Source: an uncultured delta proteobacterium (GTDB taxonomy: Bacteria > Desulfobacterota > Binatia > UBA9968). From it: 64,000 bases of DNA. The notes below the pieces were generated by a model that saw nothing but the letters and a program-made list of their open reading frames with translations, was not told where the DNA came from and did no database searches. Numbering within the stretch: position 1 is the stretch's first letter; every line of letters starts with the position of its first letter. The stretch covers positions 128,001-192,000 of the forward strand of contig CAVXEP010000002.1 in the NCBI GenBank assembly GCA_963760795.1. The letters are read 5' to 3'. The position numbers were made by a program, and so were the translations under genes. Of the stretch, positions 10,661 to 21,950 are shown in pieces.

Positions 10661-10942
10661 TCAGGGGCTGTACTCGTAAAGCGGCACCTTCGGTAGTGCT
10701 GTTGCCAGGGCTCGAAGAATTCTTTTGCGCACAGCGCTATCGAAATCCCGGCCATAGAAACGGAGGAACAGAGCCTTTAACGCGGCAGCCGATGCCGTTC
10801 GCTCGTCAGCCAGCGCCGATGCTCGAACCATCGCTCGTTCCGATGCGGACATGGAACACCCCATCTTGAGGCGTTCCTCGCCAGAAAGTTTCAGGAGCAT
10901 GTCACAATATTTGCGCTCCATCGGATCCGATGTGACTTTCAT
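10661..10942 (-). CDS. Small helical hypothetical protein
   Basis: 93 aa with GTGAGG RBS-like site; SGEERLKMGCSM...LFLRFYGRDF resembles small proteins I associate with nucleotidyltransferase genes (recollection, unverified). Confidence 0.55.
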   Translation of the reverse strand: MKVTSDPMERKYCDMLLKLSGEERLKMGCSMSASERAMVRASALADERTASAAALKALFLRFYGRDFDSAVRKRILRALATALPKVPLYEYSP

Positions 10943-11081
10943 TGCGCGGCCTCACGGATAGCGAGACTCAACACCCAACCGTTTGACCACCACATATCAC
11001 AGCCGACTTACATTTGCGGACTGCGCCCATTGTACTGCGCGTAGCACTCGACACAGACCGCCGAGTTCCGGCATGCGAACT

Positions 11082-13263
11082 CTATTTCGCCAGCGGGTCG
11101 GGACGCATTTGCCACTTCACGACTTTCGGCCTAGTGCCTTTACCGGTTTCCATGTGGAACGGCACTCTGCTGCCCTGGGTCGACCATAGTCCGCGGCCCT
11201 TCCAGCCCGCCTTGGGATCGTCGATGCGGCCGTCCAACCCCTTGGCGAAAAATCCCATGGGATAAGCAACGCGCAGGGTGACGAACTGGCCGTCGACCAG
11301 CGCCAGCATGGCGTCGTTGGCGTTGCCGGTGGCCACCGGCACATTCTCGCCCAAGCCCAGCGTGTTGAACTGATCCACCCAGACGTAATAGGCGGACTCG
11401 GCGCTGCCGGCATCCGTGCAGGTTTTGAAACTGCGGACCGGGAAACGGATACATCGCCCAGCCTTCAGGACAATGTTGCCCCGTCGCCGTCGGCCCGTTG
11501 AGTGGACCTGTGCACTTGCGGCGGTCGAAGCTCGCCAGATGGCCGCTCGACAGCACCGTCCAGACCACACCGTGACGATCGATATCCATGCCGCGCGGGC
11601 CATAGCCCTGCGCGAGTGGTTTGCCATCCTTCCAAGGTATCTCGTAAACCTCGGCCAGAGCCGTGTGCGGCGGGTTAGACCCGGGACTGAGGCGAACCAC
11701 CTGTCCGGGAAACACCCGGATCGATCCCCACACCGAACCATCGACCGGACTCCAGGCAATACCGTAAAAGCTCGCCTGGAGTTGTTTGTCCTTCGCCGGA
11801 TCGATCAGATCCTTCGGTCCGACATAGTCATCGCGCTTGCCGTTGCCGTTGGTATCGAGGATGAGCGCCGTCCATCCCTGTGACTTCTCCTCGTCATCAG
11901 TCTCTTCCAACATCTTAGTGTTAAGCCAACCGACCACCCCGGCACCGCCGCCGCCACTGGTCCAAAGTGTATTGTTGGCATCCTCGGCGAAGACCAGATG
12001 GTGCGTGCCGTAGCAGGTATTGATGAGTTTAAATTTAGCGCTCTTGGGATCGTACAGAGCCAGCTGGCGTCCGGAATTGTTGACCGCTGTCAGCTTCGCC
12101 GATGGATGCTCCGAGCCCTTCTTGCAGAAGGCTGGATTATCCGACGGGCGGATTCTCGACGTGAACCACACTCGCCCCTTGTCGTCGAGCATCGGGTTGT
12201 GCACCGTGGCCTGACTGTCCCACAGCCGTTCCTCGCCCCAAATCAGCGAGGGCCGATAAATCGGATCTTCCTTCGAGCTTGGCGTCTTGGGATCGCGCAC
12301 CGGCATTTTCATCTCGGTCGCCGTGTTGCGGACGGGATCGAGGACAGGAATCATATCCGTGCTGTACTCGGGCGCGCCGTAGAGCTTGCCGTAGCCGTTG
12401 ATCGTCGGATTGCGCTTGTCGGTGGCGATCTCGTCATGGAGGTAAGCCTTGGCGCTGCTCCATTCCCAGATGCTGACCACCGCGTTGCGCTCGACACCTT
12501 GGGGCCGGGAGGGTTTTGCAGCAGGCAGCTCGCCGGCGGCGATGCGATCGCTCCAGTCGGCAAACAGCAGCAAAGCCCGTTCGCTGTCGAGCCGATTCAT
12601 CTGATTCAGCATGCTCTCGCCGCCCTGTCCGACCATCATGCGTTGCGCCCACACACTCACTGAGGCGCCGGCCTTGTCCCATGCCTTGGAGACGGTGCGC
12701 GTCGCTTTGTTGCCGATTTGGTGGCAGCCGTGACAACCGTTCGATTTAATGTTGTTCAACCATTCGTACTGCGACCGCTGCGTCGTCGCCATGCCGTTGC
12801 CTTGAGGACCGGTGCCGGGGAACAAACTCTTGTCGGGGATCTTGAGCATGGAAAACCAATAGATCGACGGATAGTACTCCGCCGCCGCGGCTGGGCTAGG
12901 CGCCAGCACCGCCCTCAAGTTGAGAATTTTGCCGGGCGCGCTGCGCACCTTGCGCGAATCGACCAGACCGTAGCCGCGCACCCAGACGTTGTAGTTGGCT
13001 TTCGGCAGATCGGGCAGCAGGTAGCGTCCTTGATCGTCGGTCACCACCATCTTGGCGAATCTCGTCGGCAGATCGGTGGTTTCGGCAACCACCCACACTC
13101 CAGCTTCCGGTCCGTGCGAACTGCTGACTACGCCGCCGATATCGTCGTTGTCGATGCGTACGGCGGCGCTTTGTTGGCTGCTCAACTCAACCGGCAACGC
13201 AGCCAGCAAGGCGGCGATAGCGATCGCCAATCCACCGAGGTACACGAAGCATTTAGTCCCCAT
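11082..13263 (-). CDS. Secreted monoheme c / beta-propeller protein, paralog 2; frameshift at about 11415
   Basis: ORFs 11140..13263 and 11082..11759 join; CHGCH; ends KWQMRPDPLAK like the other paralogs. Confidence 0.85.
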
Positions 13264-13354
13264 GATCTGGTTTCCCCCTGGCTAGCCGTATAGGTCTGGA
13301 GCGCCTAAACAGTAACGAATGGCACCGCGATGTGTCAACTAACAATCGCCATAC

Positions 13355-13442
13355 TGTAGTAGCAACGTGATTCTGTCTGGGGTTAACGGCAACGTAATTA
13401 TGTCAGGGTGGAATGATTAAAACCCCGACGATGAAAAACGAA
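13355..13442 (+). mobile_element. Isolated left end of an IS1202/ISNCY-like element plus the first, degenerate transposase codons
   Basis: TGTAGTAGCAAC...GTCAGGGTGGAA matches the reverse complement of 48432-48489 at 55/58 positions; internal GCAAC.T.ATT.TGTC.GGG direct repeat. Confidence 0.75.
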
Positions 13443-13487
13443 TCTATTTCGCTTAGCAGCGCAACCTGGAAGCCGGGATTTTGCCTT

Positions 13488-15687
13488 CTACTTCGCCAGC
13501 GGACCGGGTCGCAGTTGGAACTTCACGACCTTGGGTTTGGTACCCTTGCCGCCTTCGATATGGTTGGTCGCTCTGCCGGCGTAAGCGGACCACAGCCCTT
13601 TGCCTTTCCATCCCGCCTTGGGATTGTCGATACGGCCGTCCATGCCCTTGGCGTGAAAGCCCATCGGGTACGGCACGCGCAGGCTGACGAACTTTCCATC
13701 CACTAATACTTCTAGGGAGTCGGTCGAATTACCCGTTGCAAAGGGCACGTTGCGGCCAAAGCCAAAAGTGTCGTGCTGATCCACCCATGTGTAATAACTC
13801 GCCTGTGCGCTGCCCGAATCGGTGAGGCTTTGAAATTGCGGGCCGGGAAATGGGTAGAGCGTCCAACCCTCGGGACAATGCTTTCCAGTCGCGCTCGGAC
13901 CGTTGAGCGGACCTTTGCATTTGCGGCGGTCGAAGCTCGCCAAATGGCCGCTCGCCAGCGGCACCCAGACGACGCCGTTACGATCGATGTCCATACCGCG
14001 TGGCCCATAGCCATTGACCGGCGCTCTCGGCTCGTCCCACGGCACCTCGAAGATTTCCGTCAGAGCGGTAGTCGATGGATTCTCACCGGGGCTGAGACGC
14101 ACCACGGCGCCGGGAAAGCTCAGCACCGAGCCCCAGATAGAACCGTCGTTGGGATTAAAGCCGATGCCGTAGTAGCCCGCCACGATGCGCTTGTCTTTGG
14201 CCGGATCGACCGGTTGAGTGGGCTCGACATAGTCATCGCGTTTGCCGTTACCGTTAGTGTCCAAGACAAACGGCGTCCAGCCCTGCGATTTCTGCTCGTC
14301 GCCGGTTTCCAGGAACATCTTGGTATTGAGCCAGCCGATGATGCCGCTCGCCGCGCCCCCGCTGGAGAGCCATAACGTATTGTTCGCATCCTCGGCAAAA
14401 ATCAGATGGTGCGTGCTAAAGCAGGTATCGATCAGAGTGAAGTTCTTGGTTCCGCGGATCGTACATGGAAAGATGGCGTCCGGCTCGCTCCATCGGAAAC
14501 ATTTTCGCCGAAGGATGCTCCGAACCTTTTTTGCAGAATGCGGGATTGGCCGGCGGGCGGATTCTCGATGTGAGCCAGACTCTTCCCTTGTCGTCGAACA
14601 TCGGATTGTGCACGGTGGCTTGGCTTTGCCAGATGCGCTCGGTGCCCCAGAACGGTGACGGCGCGAGCATCAGCGCTTCGGTTGTCGAGATGAACATCCG
14701 GTCCGAAGTGTTTGGCTCGCGCACCGGCACTTTGACTTCCGTCGCCACATGACGCACCGGGTCGAGGATCGGCATGAAATCGGTGCTGTCCTCGGGCGAG
14801 CCGTAGATCAAGCCATTGGCGTTGACCGCCGGATTGCGTTTGTCGCTGGCGATCTCATCATGCAAGTAAGCTGTCGGCGTCGCCCAGTCCCACAAAGTGA
14901 TGACAACGTTTCTCTCGACACCCCGCGGCCGCGCCGGTTTCGACGCCGGCAATTCGCCGGCGGCAATCCTATCGGTCCATTCGGCGAACAACTCCAGAGC
15001 CCGCTTGGGTTCGAGATCGTTTAAGTTGCGCATCATCACTTCGCTGGCTTGGCCGGAGAGCACGCGGCGCTGCCACGCGTCCAACGAAGTTTTGAAATCA
15101 CCAAGCTCTTTGCCAATCGTGCGCGTCGACTTGTTGCCCAGTTGGTGGCACGACATGCAACCGTGGCTTTTTACTCCCGCCACCCATTGGCCATGGCTTT
15201 TCAATTTCTCCGGCAAGCCGTTGCCCTTGTCCCCGGTGCCGGGGAACTGGCTCTTGTCGGGAATCTTGAGCATGGAAAACCAATAGATCGCCGGATAGTA
15301 TTCCGCGGCGGCGGCCGGACTCGGTGCGACCAGCGCTTTCAAATTGAGAATTTTCCCCGGCGAAGACTTAACTTTTGGCGCATCGACCAGACCGTAACCG
15401 CGCACCCAAACATCGTAGTTAGCCTTAGGCAAATCGGGAATGACATAGCGGCCGCGGTCGTCGGTGACCACGATCTTGGCGAACTTGGTGGGCAGATCGG
15501 TGGTCTCGGCGATCACCCACACGCCGGCTTCCGGCCCGTTCGCGCTGGTGACCACACCGCCGATGTCGTCGCTGTCGATGCTCAGGGTCGGACCCTGTTG
15601 GCTGCTCAGCCGGTCAGCGGATACTGTCAAAACGACAATGACGACTACGGCGAGCAAGTTCGAACTGGACAGCGTTCTCGCGTTCAT
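13488..15687 (-). CDS. Secreted monoheme c / beta-propeller protein, paralog 3; frameshift at about 14450
   Basis: True start MNARTL at 15687 with GGAGG RBS; CMSCH; joins ORF 13488..14318 ending QLRPGPLAK. Confidence 0.85.
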
Positions 15688-15704
15688 ATCGCCCTCCTGT
15701 CCAC

Positions 15705-16006
15705 CGCCGGCGGTCGATAAGCCGATCAGCTTTCCTTTGAGATCGGCGAACCTTTTAATCTCGGGCCGGACAATCAAGCTGTAAACTGGATTGGTCGTCT
15801 GCGCGACGATGGCGACGGCGTCGGAACCCTTGAGCACGGCTTGAATCAAATAAGGCGTGGCGTTCTTGCCGGCGTCGATCTCGCCCTTGTCGAGCGCCGC
15901 AACGATCCGGTCCGTGCCGCCGGGAATCGGCACCACTTCCAGAGTTAAGCCTTCGCGAACGAAGAACCCCTTGCGCTCAGCAACCGCTAGCGGCAGCAGC
16001 GACAAG
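15705..16006 (-). pseudogene. Internal 302-bp fragment of a NitT/TauT substrate-binding gene, paralogous to 19071-19372
   Basis: Collinear with 19071-19372; protein almost identical (PLAVAERKGFF...LIGLSTAG); no own start or stop. Confidence 0.85.
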
Positions 16007-16099
16007 GTTCGCTCCCGCCGCAGCGAAAGCTTCGGCGATTGCCGCCCCAATCCCGCGGCCGGCACCGGTTACTACGGCGACCTGACCGCTTAAAGCCAT
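16007..16099 (-). pseudogene. Short-chain dehydrogenase (SDR) N-terminal remnant
   Basis: MALSGQVAVVTGAGRGIGAAIAEAFAAAGAN contains the TGxxxGIG Rossmann motif; truncated at the junction with the binding-protein fragment. Confidence 0.8.
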
Positions 16100-16130
16100 C
16101 CCCTTTTCGCTCGCCACGATTTCGTAGTGT

Positions 16131-16976
16131 TCAAGTGACGACGAGTGAATCCGCGGGTTGTCCGATCGCGGCAAGTGCGATGCGCCGCTGCTCTCGAACC
16201 GTAATCACACGGAACGAGCGGGCCGTTTTAACCGCCCAAAAGGCAAGCTCCTGGTTCTCCCGCGTCGTAGAGTATTTCTTGAGGACGTTGATACAATCCA
16301 TCCCATGCGTGAGATCTTTGCTCGCGTGCAACCGCCAGAGCCGGATTGAGCCTTCCGGAACGTCGCAAAGCTGTTCCACAGTGCGCGGTAGCGCCGTCAC
16401 TGAATCTTCTTCCTTTTTCATGTAACCGCGCGCCACAGCGACCCGCGCGGCTTCCAATCCCCCCATGGCCGCGTAGCCGCCTTGCCACGGAAGCGTCCGG
16501 GTCAGGTTGTCGAGCGCATGCATGCAGGCCATTAATACAGGAGTCGGCTGAAAATTCTCCACTTCCTCTCTCGATATGCCAACGACTTCCACATCGCGAT
16601 ACAATACTTCGATATGCGACAATCCTTGGGCATCAGGATCGGCCACTTCTTCATCCATGCAGTCTTTGAGAATCTCTTGGCGCACATCCTGATATGGACA
16701 GCTTGCCGCCACGTTCATCAAGTAACTAGGAAACAGCTTCGCGAAAATCGAATGGAGCATGCGCTCGGTCCCGAAAAAGCGCCGCGCCACCTTAGGATCC
16801 TTGAGCACCACCTCAGGCAACGGCGTATGGTCGCTGCGAAACGCCCGAAACGAGTCCGCGATCGCCTCGAGAAATTTATGTTCAAACTCTTCAGGGGAAA
16901 GCGCGTCTGGAGATCTCTCCAGGGGGTAGAGAAAATAGGTTCTCGTGACCTTGGTGTTACCGGCTGCCAGGCTCAT
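16131..16976 (-). CDS. Heme-oxygenase-like diiron oxidase (HDO; CADD/PqqC/TenA fold)
   Basis: E..H..E..HxxxDxxH ligand set: DEE, SH, GLE, LHASKDLTH. Confidence 0.75.
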   Translation of the reverse strand: MSLAAGNTKVTRTYFLYPLERSPDALSPEEFEHKFLEAIADSFRAFRSDHTPLPEVVLKDPKVARRFFGTERMLHSIFAKLFPSYLMNVAASCPYQDVRQEILKDCMDEEVADPDAQGLSHIEVLYRDVEVVGISREEVENFQPTPVLMACMHALDNLTRTLPWQGGYAAMGGLEAARVAVARGYMKKEEDSVTALPRTVEQLCDVPEGSIRLWRLHASKDLTHGMDCINVLKKYSTTRENQELAFWAVKTARSFRVITVREQRRIALAAIGQPADSLVVT

Positions 16977-17067
16977 AGGGGCCTCCTTTGATTCTTATGT
17001 TGTAGGTATCCACTGCGCAAACATCGTCATTCCTCAACGATACGCGGTAGTACAATCCAGCAAAACG

Positions 17068-18102
17068 TTACTCGGCCAGTGCCATTTTTCTAAATTTCTC
17101 TTGCAGCTCTGCGGCAATGCCGAGCTGTGGCTTTACGAATTTGTCGAGAATTTCATCTGCAGTCATAAAGTCGCCGCCAAGTTGCAACTTGTCCATCGCC
17201 GATTCGTACTCTGGCGATGTCATCGCCCGTTTCACCACGTCTCGGAGCATCTGCAGGACGCCCTTCGGCGTCTCTTCTCTGACCAGCCAGCAAGTCTGCA
17301 AATGCCAAGGCGCCTCGGCAACGCCGTAGAGGATCTTTTGCTCATCGGTGAAATTAAACGCCCTCAACACATAAGGAGCGTCAGGATAGCCTGGAATTTG
17401 GCCCGGAATCAATTTGCCGACAACTTTTAACTTGCCCGCGTCGAGATGCTGCTTTGCCGTCGACAGCAGTTCCGGAGTGGCGTCCGCCTCCCCACGGAGA
17501 ACCGCCAACAGGCGCGCCGTCCCTCCTGGATATCCGCTCACAAGCTTCATCCTTATTCCGATCATGCGCATGATCCGCGCGGGGTTTTCCACAGTACTGC
17601 CCAACGTATCTGCGGACCAAACGATCGGGTTTTTGGCTTGAGACCATTCACTGATGCTCGCGTAAGGAAGCTCCGCGCGCTGCATGATTGGCATGTAATC
17701 GCGCTTGGCTCCGCCAAGAAAATGCCAGCGGCGCACGTCATATTTGATCTCGAGACCCAGGAGCTGATAGAGGGGATAGCCGATGTGGCATTGCAGTATG
17801 GTCAGGTCCGGCCCGGTTTCGCGCATGAACAGATTACCGGCGACTATTCCACCCGCGCCTGCCACGTTTTGGACCGCGATGGTCGGGTTGCCAGGTATAT
17901 ACTTTTGCAACAAAGGAGCCAAAGCGCGGCTCTGCAGATCCACGCCGCCACCAGGAGCAACAGGAACGATGACCCGAACAGTTTTCCCGGCAAACGAGAC
18001 TTGCGCATCAGCAGCCAGCCCGATGCCTGCGAGCAAGGATAAGTAGACCAGAGCAGCAGTGACTCCGATAATCCCGACAAACATTTCTCGTCCGGCTCTC
18101 AT
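17068..18102 (-). CDS. Bug/TctC-family substrate-binding protein
   Basis: Start MRAG at 18102 with GGAGG; FAGKTVRVIVP..PGGGVD, NVAGAGG. Confidence 0.85.
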   Translation of the reverse strand: MRAGREMFVGIIGVTAALVYLSLLAGIGLAADAQVSFAGKTVRVIVPVAPGGGVDLQSRALAPLLQKYIPGNPTIAVQNVAGAGGIVAGNLFMRETGPDLTILQCHIGYPLYQLLGLEIKYDVRRWHFLGGAKRDYMPIMQRAELPYASISEWSQAKNPIVWSADTLGSTVENPARIMRMIGIRMKLVSGYPGGTARLLAVLRGEADATPELLSTAKQHLDAGKLKVVGKLIPGQIPGYPDAPYVLRAFNFTDEQKILYGVAEAPWHLQTCWLVREETPKGVLQMLRDVVKRAMTSPEYESAMDKLQLGGDFMTADEILDKFVKPQLGIAAELQEKFRKMALAE

Positions 18103-18498
18103 GGCGACCTCCATTGTCAAGATTGCATCCGTGGAATGTCCAATCGCCTTGATCGACTCGTATCTCAAGCGTCGCCTCGATGTCAATGTTAATGTTGGTT
18201 CACTGTTAATGATGCGTCACACCAATCCGCGCGCTGGAATTTGCCCTGCGAGTCGCAATTTTTTGCTCAACTCTCAGCTCCCCGCTGATTCACCCCGGCC
18301 TTCTTTACTTCGATCAGGAACAACTATTTCGAGCCTTCCACGCTGAAATGAGCTTGGTCAACAACAAATAAACAATAGACTTTGTATCCCACGGGAACTC
18401 CAATGAATGGACTTCCAGCGATCAGGTTTTAGCAGGTCGCGCCCCCTCAGTCGCTGTTAAACACTTGAGCAGCAGCGCTCGCCGCGACGATGGAGTAA

Positions 18499-19494
18499 TT
18501 ACTGAATCCCGGCAGACTTTAGAAATTGCAGATCGACGAAGCGGCTCGCTGGCGCAACGGGTGAAGGTATGACCGCGGCCTCGCCCATGAGCGAAAGCAC
18601 CCGATCGAATGCACGCAAATCCAACTCACCGCGCCGAGGCAGCACGTTGTTATCGGTCTGCGTGTAAGGCGCGAAGATTTGCCGCGCGGTGTCGTCAGAA
18701 ATTTTTAGCGTATCTTTGACGATGTTCAAAACCTCGTCGTGATTCTTTCCATCGTTGATATATCGGTACGCCGCCGCGAAGCCACGCACCATGCGCACGA
18801 GCACGTCTTTGTTTTTCTCACCCCACGCGCGCCGCGCCATATCGACGTTGAAGATCAGATCCGCCCCCGCTTCATAGGTAAACGCCAAGCGTGGATAGCC
18901 TTGCCGAATCGCTTCCAAATCCTCCGGCTGGCCCATCGGCACGGCGGCGCACTCGCCGGACTTCAAACATTCAAAACGCGCCGACGTGCCGACCACCGGC
19001 TTGGCGCGAAAGTCAGCGGCTTTTAGCCCTTTGCTTGCGAGCAGGCGCACCGCTGACAGCGTAATCGTGTCGCCGGCGGTCGACAATCCGATCAGCTTTC
19101 CTTTGAGATCGGCGAAGCTTTTGATCTCGGGCCTGACGATCAAGCTGTAAACTGGATTGGTCGTCTGCGCGACAATGGCGACGGCGTCGGAACCCTTGAG
19201 CACCGCTTGAATCAGATAAGGCGTGGCGTTCTTGCCGGCGTCGATTTCGCCCTTATCGAGCGCCGCGACGATCCGGTCCGTGCCGCCGGGAATCGGCACC
19301 ACTTCCAAGTTAAGCCCTTCTCGGGTGAAGAAACCCTTGCGCTCGGCGACGGCTAGCGGAAACGACGACAAGCTGCCGGCGGACGTGGCGTTCTGACCGT
19401 AGCGCAGCGTGATTAGTTCGGCAGCGGTTGCGCCATTCGCAAGCCAAGCGCAGAGCAGTGCGCCGGCGATAAAGAACATTCGATCATTCATCAC
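18499..19494 (-). CDS. ABC transporter substrate-binding protein, NitT/TauT (SsuA/THI5) family
   Basis: Signal peptide; VAERKGFF.REGL, DLKGKLIG. Confidence 0.88.
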   Translation of the reverse strand: MMNDRMFFIAGALLCAWLANGATAAELITLRYGQNATSAGSLSSFPLAVAERKGFFTREGLNLEVVPIPGGTDRIVAALDKGEIDAGKNATPYLIQAVLKGSDAVAIVAQTTNPVYSLIVRPEIKSFADLKGKLIGLSTAGDTITLSAVRLLASKGLKAADFRAKPVVGTSARFECLKSGECAAVPMGQPEDLEAIRQGYPRLAFTYEAGADLIFNVDMARRAWGEKNKDVLVRMVRGFAAAYRYINDGKNHDEVLNIVKDTLKISDDTARQIFAPYTQTDNNVLPRRGELDLRAFDRVLSLMGEAAVIPSPVAPASRFVDLQFLKSAGIQ

Positions 19495-19501
19495 GCCTCA
19501 A

Positions 19502-21674
19502 TCACTTCGCCAAAGGATCGGGCCGGAGCTGAAACTTCACCACCTTGGGCTTTGTGCCTTTGCCGCCCTCCATGTGGAACGGCGTGCGCGTTCCTGTCGT
19601 CGCCCACAGCCCCTTGCCCTTCCAGCCGGTCTTTGGATTATCGATCCGTCCGTCCATCCATTTGGCGTAGAAGCCGAGCGGATAGGGCACGCGCAGATTG
19701 ACCATCTTGCCGTCCACCAACGCGATCAGCGAATCGTTCAAGTTGCCGGTGGCGATCGGCACGTCCTTGCCCAAGCCGAAGGTGTCGAACTGATCGACCC
19801 AAGTATAGTAACTCGACTCGGCGCTGCCAGTTGGTTCGTTCAAGCTCTCGAAGTTCGGTCCCGGCAGTGTGTGCAGCGTCCAGCCTTCGGCGCAGTGCTT
19901 ACCGGTGGCGTTGGGGCCATTAAGCGGGCCTTTGCACTTGCGCCGGTCGAAGCTCGCCAGATGGCCGCTCGATAGCGACGACCAGACCACGCCGCTGCGA
20001 TCGATATCCATGCCGCGGATACCGTAGGCGCCTTGGGTGTCGAACGGAACTTCAAAGTACTCCGCGAGCGCGGTCTCTGACGGATTAGGACCCGGATCGA
20101 GCCGGACGATGGCGCTGGGAAATCCCTGCGTCGATCCCCACACCGTACCGTCGACGGGACTGACGGCGATACCGTAGAAAGCCGCCGCCATGCGCTTGTC
20201 TTTGGCCGGATCGACCGCTTGATTGGGTTCGACCCATTCGTCGCGCTTGCCGTTGCCGTTGGTATCGAGCACGATCGGCGTCCAGCCTTGCGACTTCTGT
20301 TCGTCGCCGGTGGCTTCGAACATTTTTCGGTTCAACCAGCCGACCACGCCGCTAGCCGGACCGCCGGCGCTGGTCCACAGCGTATGATTGGCGTCCTCGG
20401 CGAAAACCAAATGATGCGTCGAAAAGCAGGTGCTGATCAGCGTGAACTTTTTGCTCTTGGGATCGTACATCGACAGATGGCGGTTAGCGCTGTTGATCGG
20501 AAAGACTTTCGCCGAGGGGTGGTCCGAACCTTTTTTGCAAAAGTCCGGATTGGCCGGCGGACGCACTCGCGCGGTGAACCAAACACGCCCCTGTTCATCC
20601 ATCATCGGATTATGCTGGTTCGATTGGCTGTCCCAGATCGCCTCCGCGCCCCAGTAAGGCGACGGCGTGAGCGGATCGGTCTTGGCCGACGGCGTATTGG
20701 GATCGCGCACCGGATGTTTGATTTCGTATGCGCGATGGCGCACCGGGTCCAATACCGGCACGAGATCGGTGCTTAGCTCCGTCGAACCATAGAGCGGACC
20801 GTTGGCATTGACCGTCGGCTTGCGCTTGTCGGTGGCAATTTCGTCGTGCAGATAAGCCTTGGCATTGCTCCAATCCCACACCGTAACGACGATGTTACGC
20901 TCTGCCCCTTGCGGCCGCGGCGGCTTAGCCTTGGGCAGTTGGCCGGCGGCGATTCGATCGGTCCAGTCAGCGAAAAGCGCGAGGGCGCGTTTGGAATCTA
21001 ATCTATCGATCGCATTGAGCATGCTGGTCATCGCCTGACCGGAGACGATGCGCCGCTGCCAGGCCTCGGTGGAATTTTTGAATTCGCCCAAATTTTTTGG
21101 GATGGTCTGGGTCGCCTTGTTGCCCATCTGGTGGCAAGTGTTGCAACCGTTGGTTTTAACCACGTCCAACCACTGCGCTTGATGCTGCAGCTTTTCCGGC
21201 ATGCCGTTACCTTTTTCACCGGTGCCGGGAAACTCGCTCTTGTCGGGAATTTTCAACATCGAGTACCAGTAGATCGCCGGATAGTACTGCGCCGCGGCGC
21301 CATCGCTCGGCGCCGTCACCGCTTTTAGATTTAGCGTCTTGCCCGCCGTAGCGCGCACCTTGGCGGAATCGATCAAGCCATAGCCGCGCACCCAGATGTC
21401 ATAGTTTGCCTTGGGCAGATCGGGAATCAGATAGCGCCCTTGATCGTCGGTGACGACGATCTTGGCGAACTTGGTCGGCAGGTTAGTCGTCTCGGCGATC
21501 ACCCACACACCAGCCTCCGGCCCGTTAGCGCCGTTGACCACGCCGCCGATGTCATCGCCATCGATGCGCACCACCGCGCCTTGTTGACTGCTCAGTTGAT
21601 CCGGGCAGCAGCCCAATCAAGCCACTGAGCGCGGTCACCAACACGCCAAAGCCAAGCAACTTTGAACGCTTCAT
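19502..21674 (-). CDS. Secreted monoheme c / beta-propeller protein, paralog 4; frameshift at the end of the signal peptide (about 21604)
   Basis: ATG 21674 with AAGGAG RBS, MKRSKLLGFGVLVTAL...; CNTCH; ends QLRPDPLAK. Confidence 0.85.
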
Positions 21675-21798
21675 AAATGACTCCTTTTAAATGAACCAGT
21701 ACGGCAAGCGAATGGAGAGTAACCGAAATCGAAATCGCACGTCAATCGAAACTGAACAACATTGAACATTGGAGCAACAGCAACTAGCCCAGTCCGGT

Positions 21799-21885
21799 CC
21801 CTCCCTTTCGTAAAGGGAGGTTAGGAGGGATTTTTCAAACTACGAAAAACAAGATCTCCATTAGTCCCCGTTTTTTAAAGGGGAA
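21799..21885. repeat. CCCTTT..AAAGGG palindromic REP-like element
   Basis: CCCTCCCTTTCGTAAAGGGAGGGTTAGGAGGGATTT; related copy at 34981-35015. Confidence 0.6.
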
Positions 21886-21950
21886 TGAATGCGTGGCCTC
21901 AGTCGCTGTTCGGACATGACCTGCGACGTGCAACAGCAGTATCACGTCGA

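Noticed and set aside
14416-16065. 549-aa binding-protein/heme-protein fusion as a real protein
   Set aside because: Its N-terminus is out-of-frame SDR sequence; an internal GGAGG RBS and signal peptide start at 15687
8388-21674. Four paralogs as an assembly duplication
   Set aside because: They differ substantially, with distinct signal peptides, indels and CxxCH spacers
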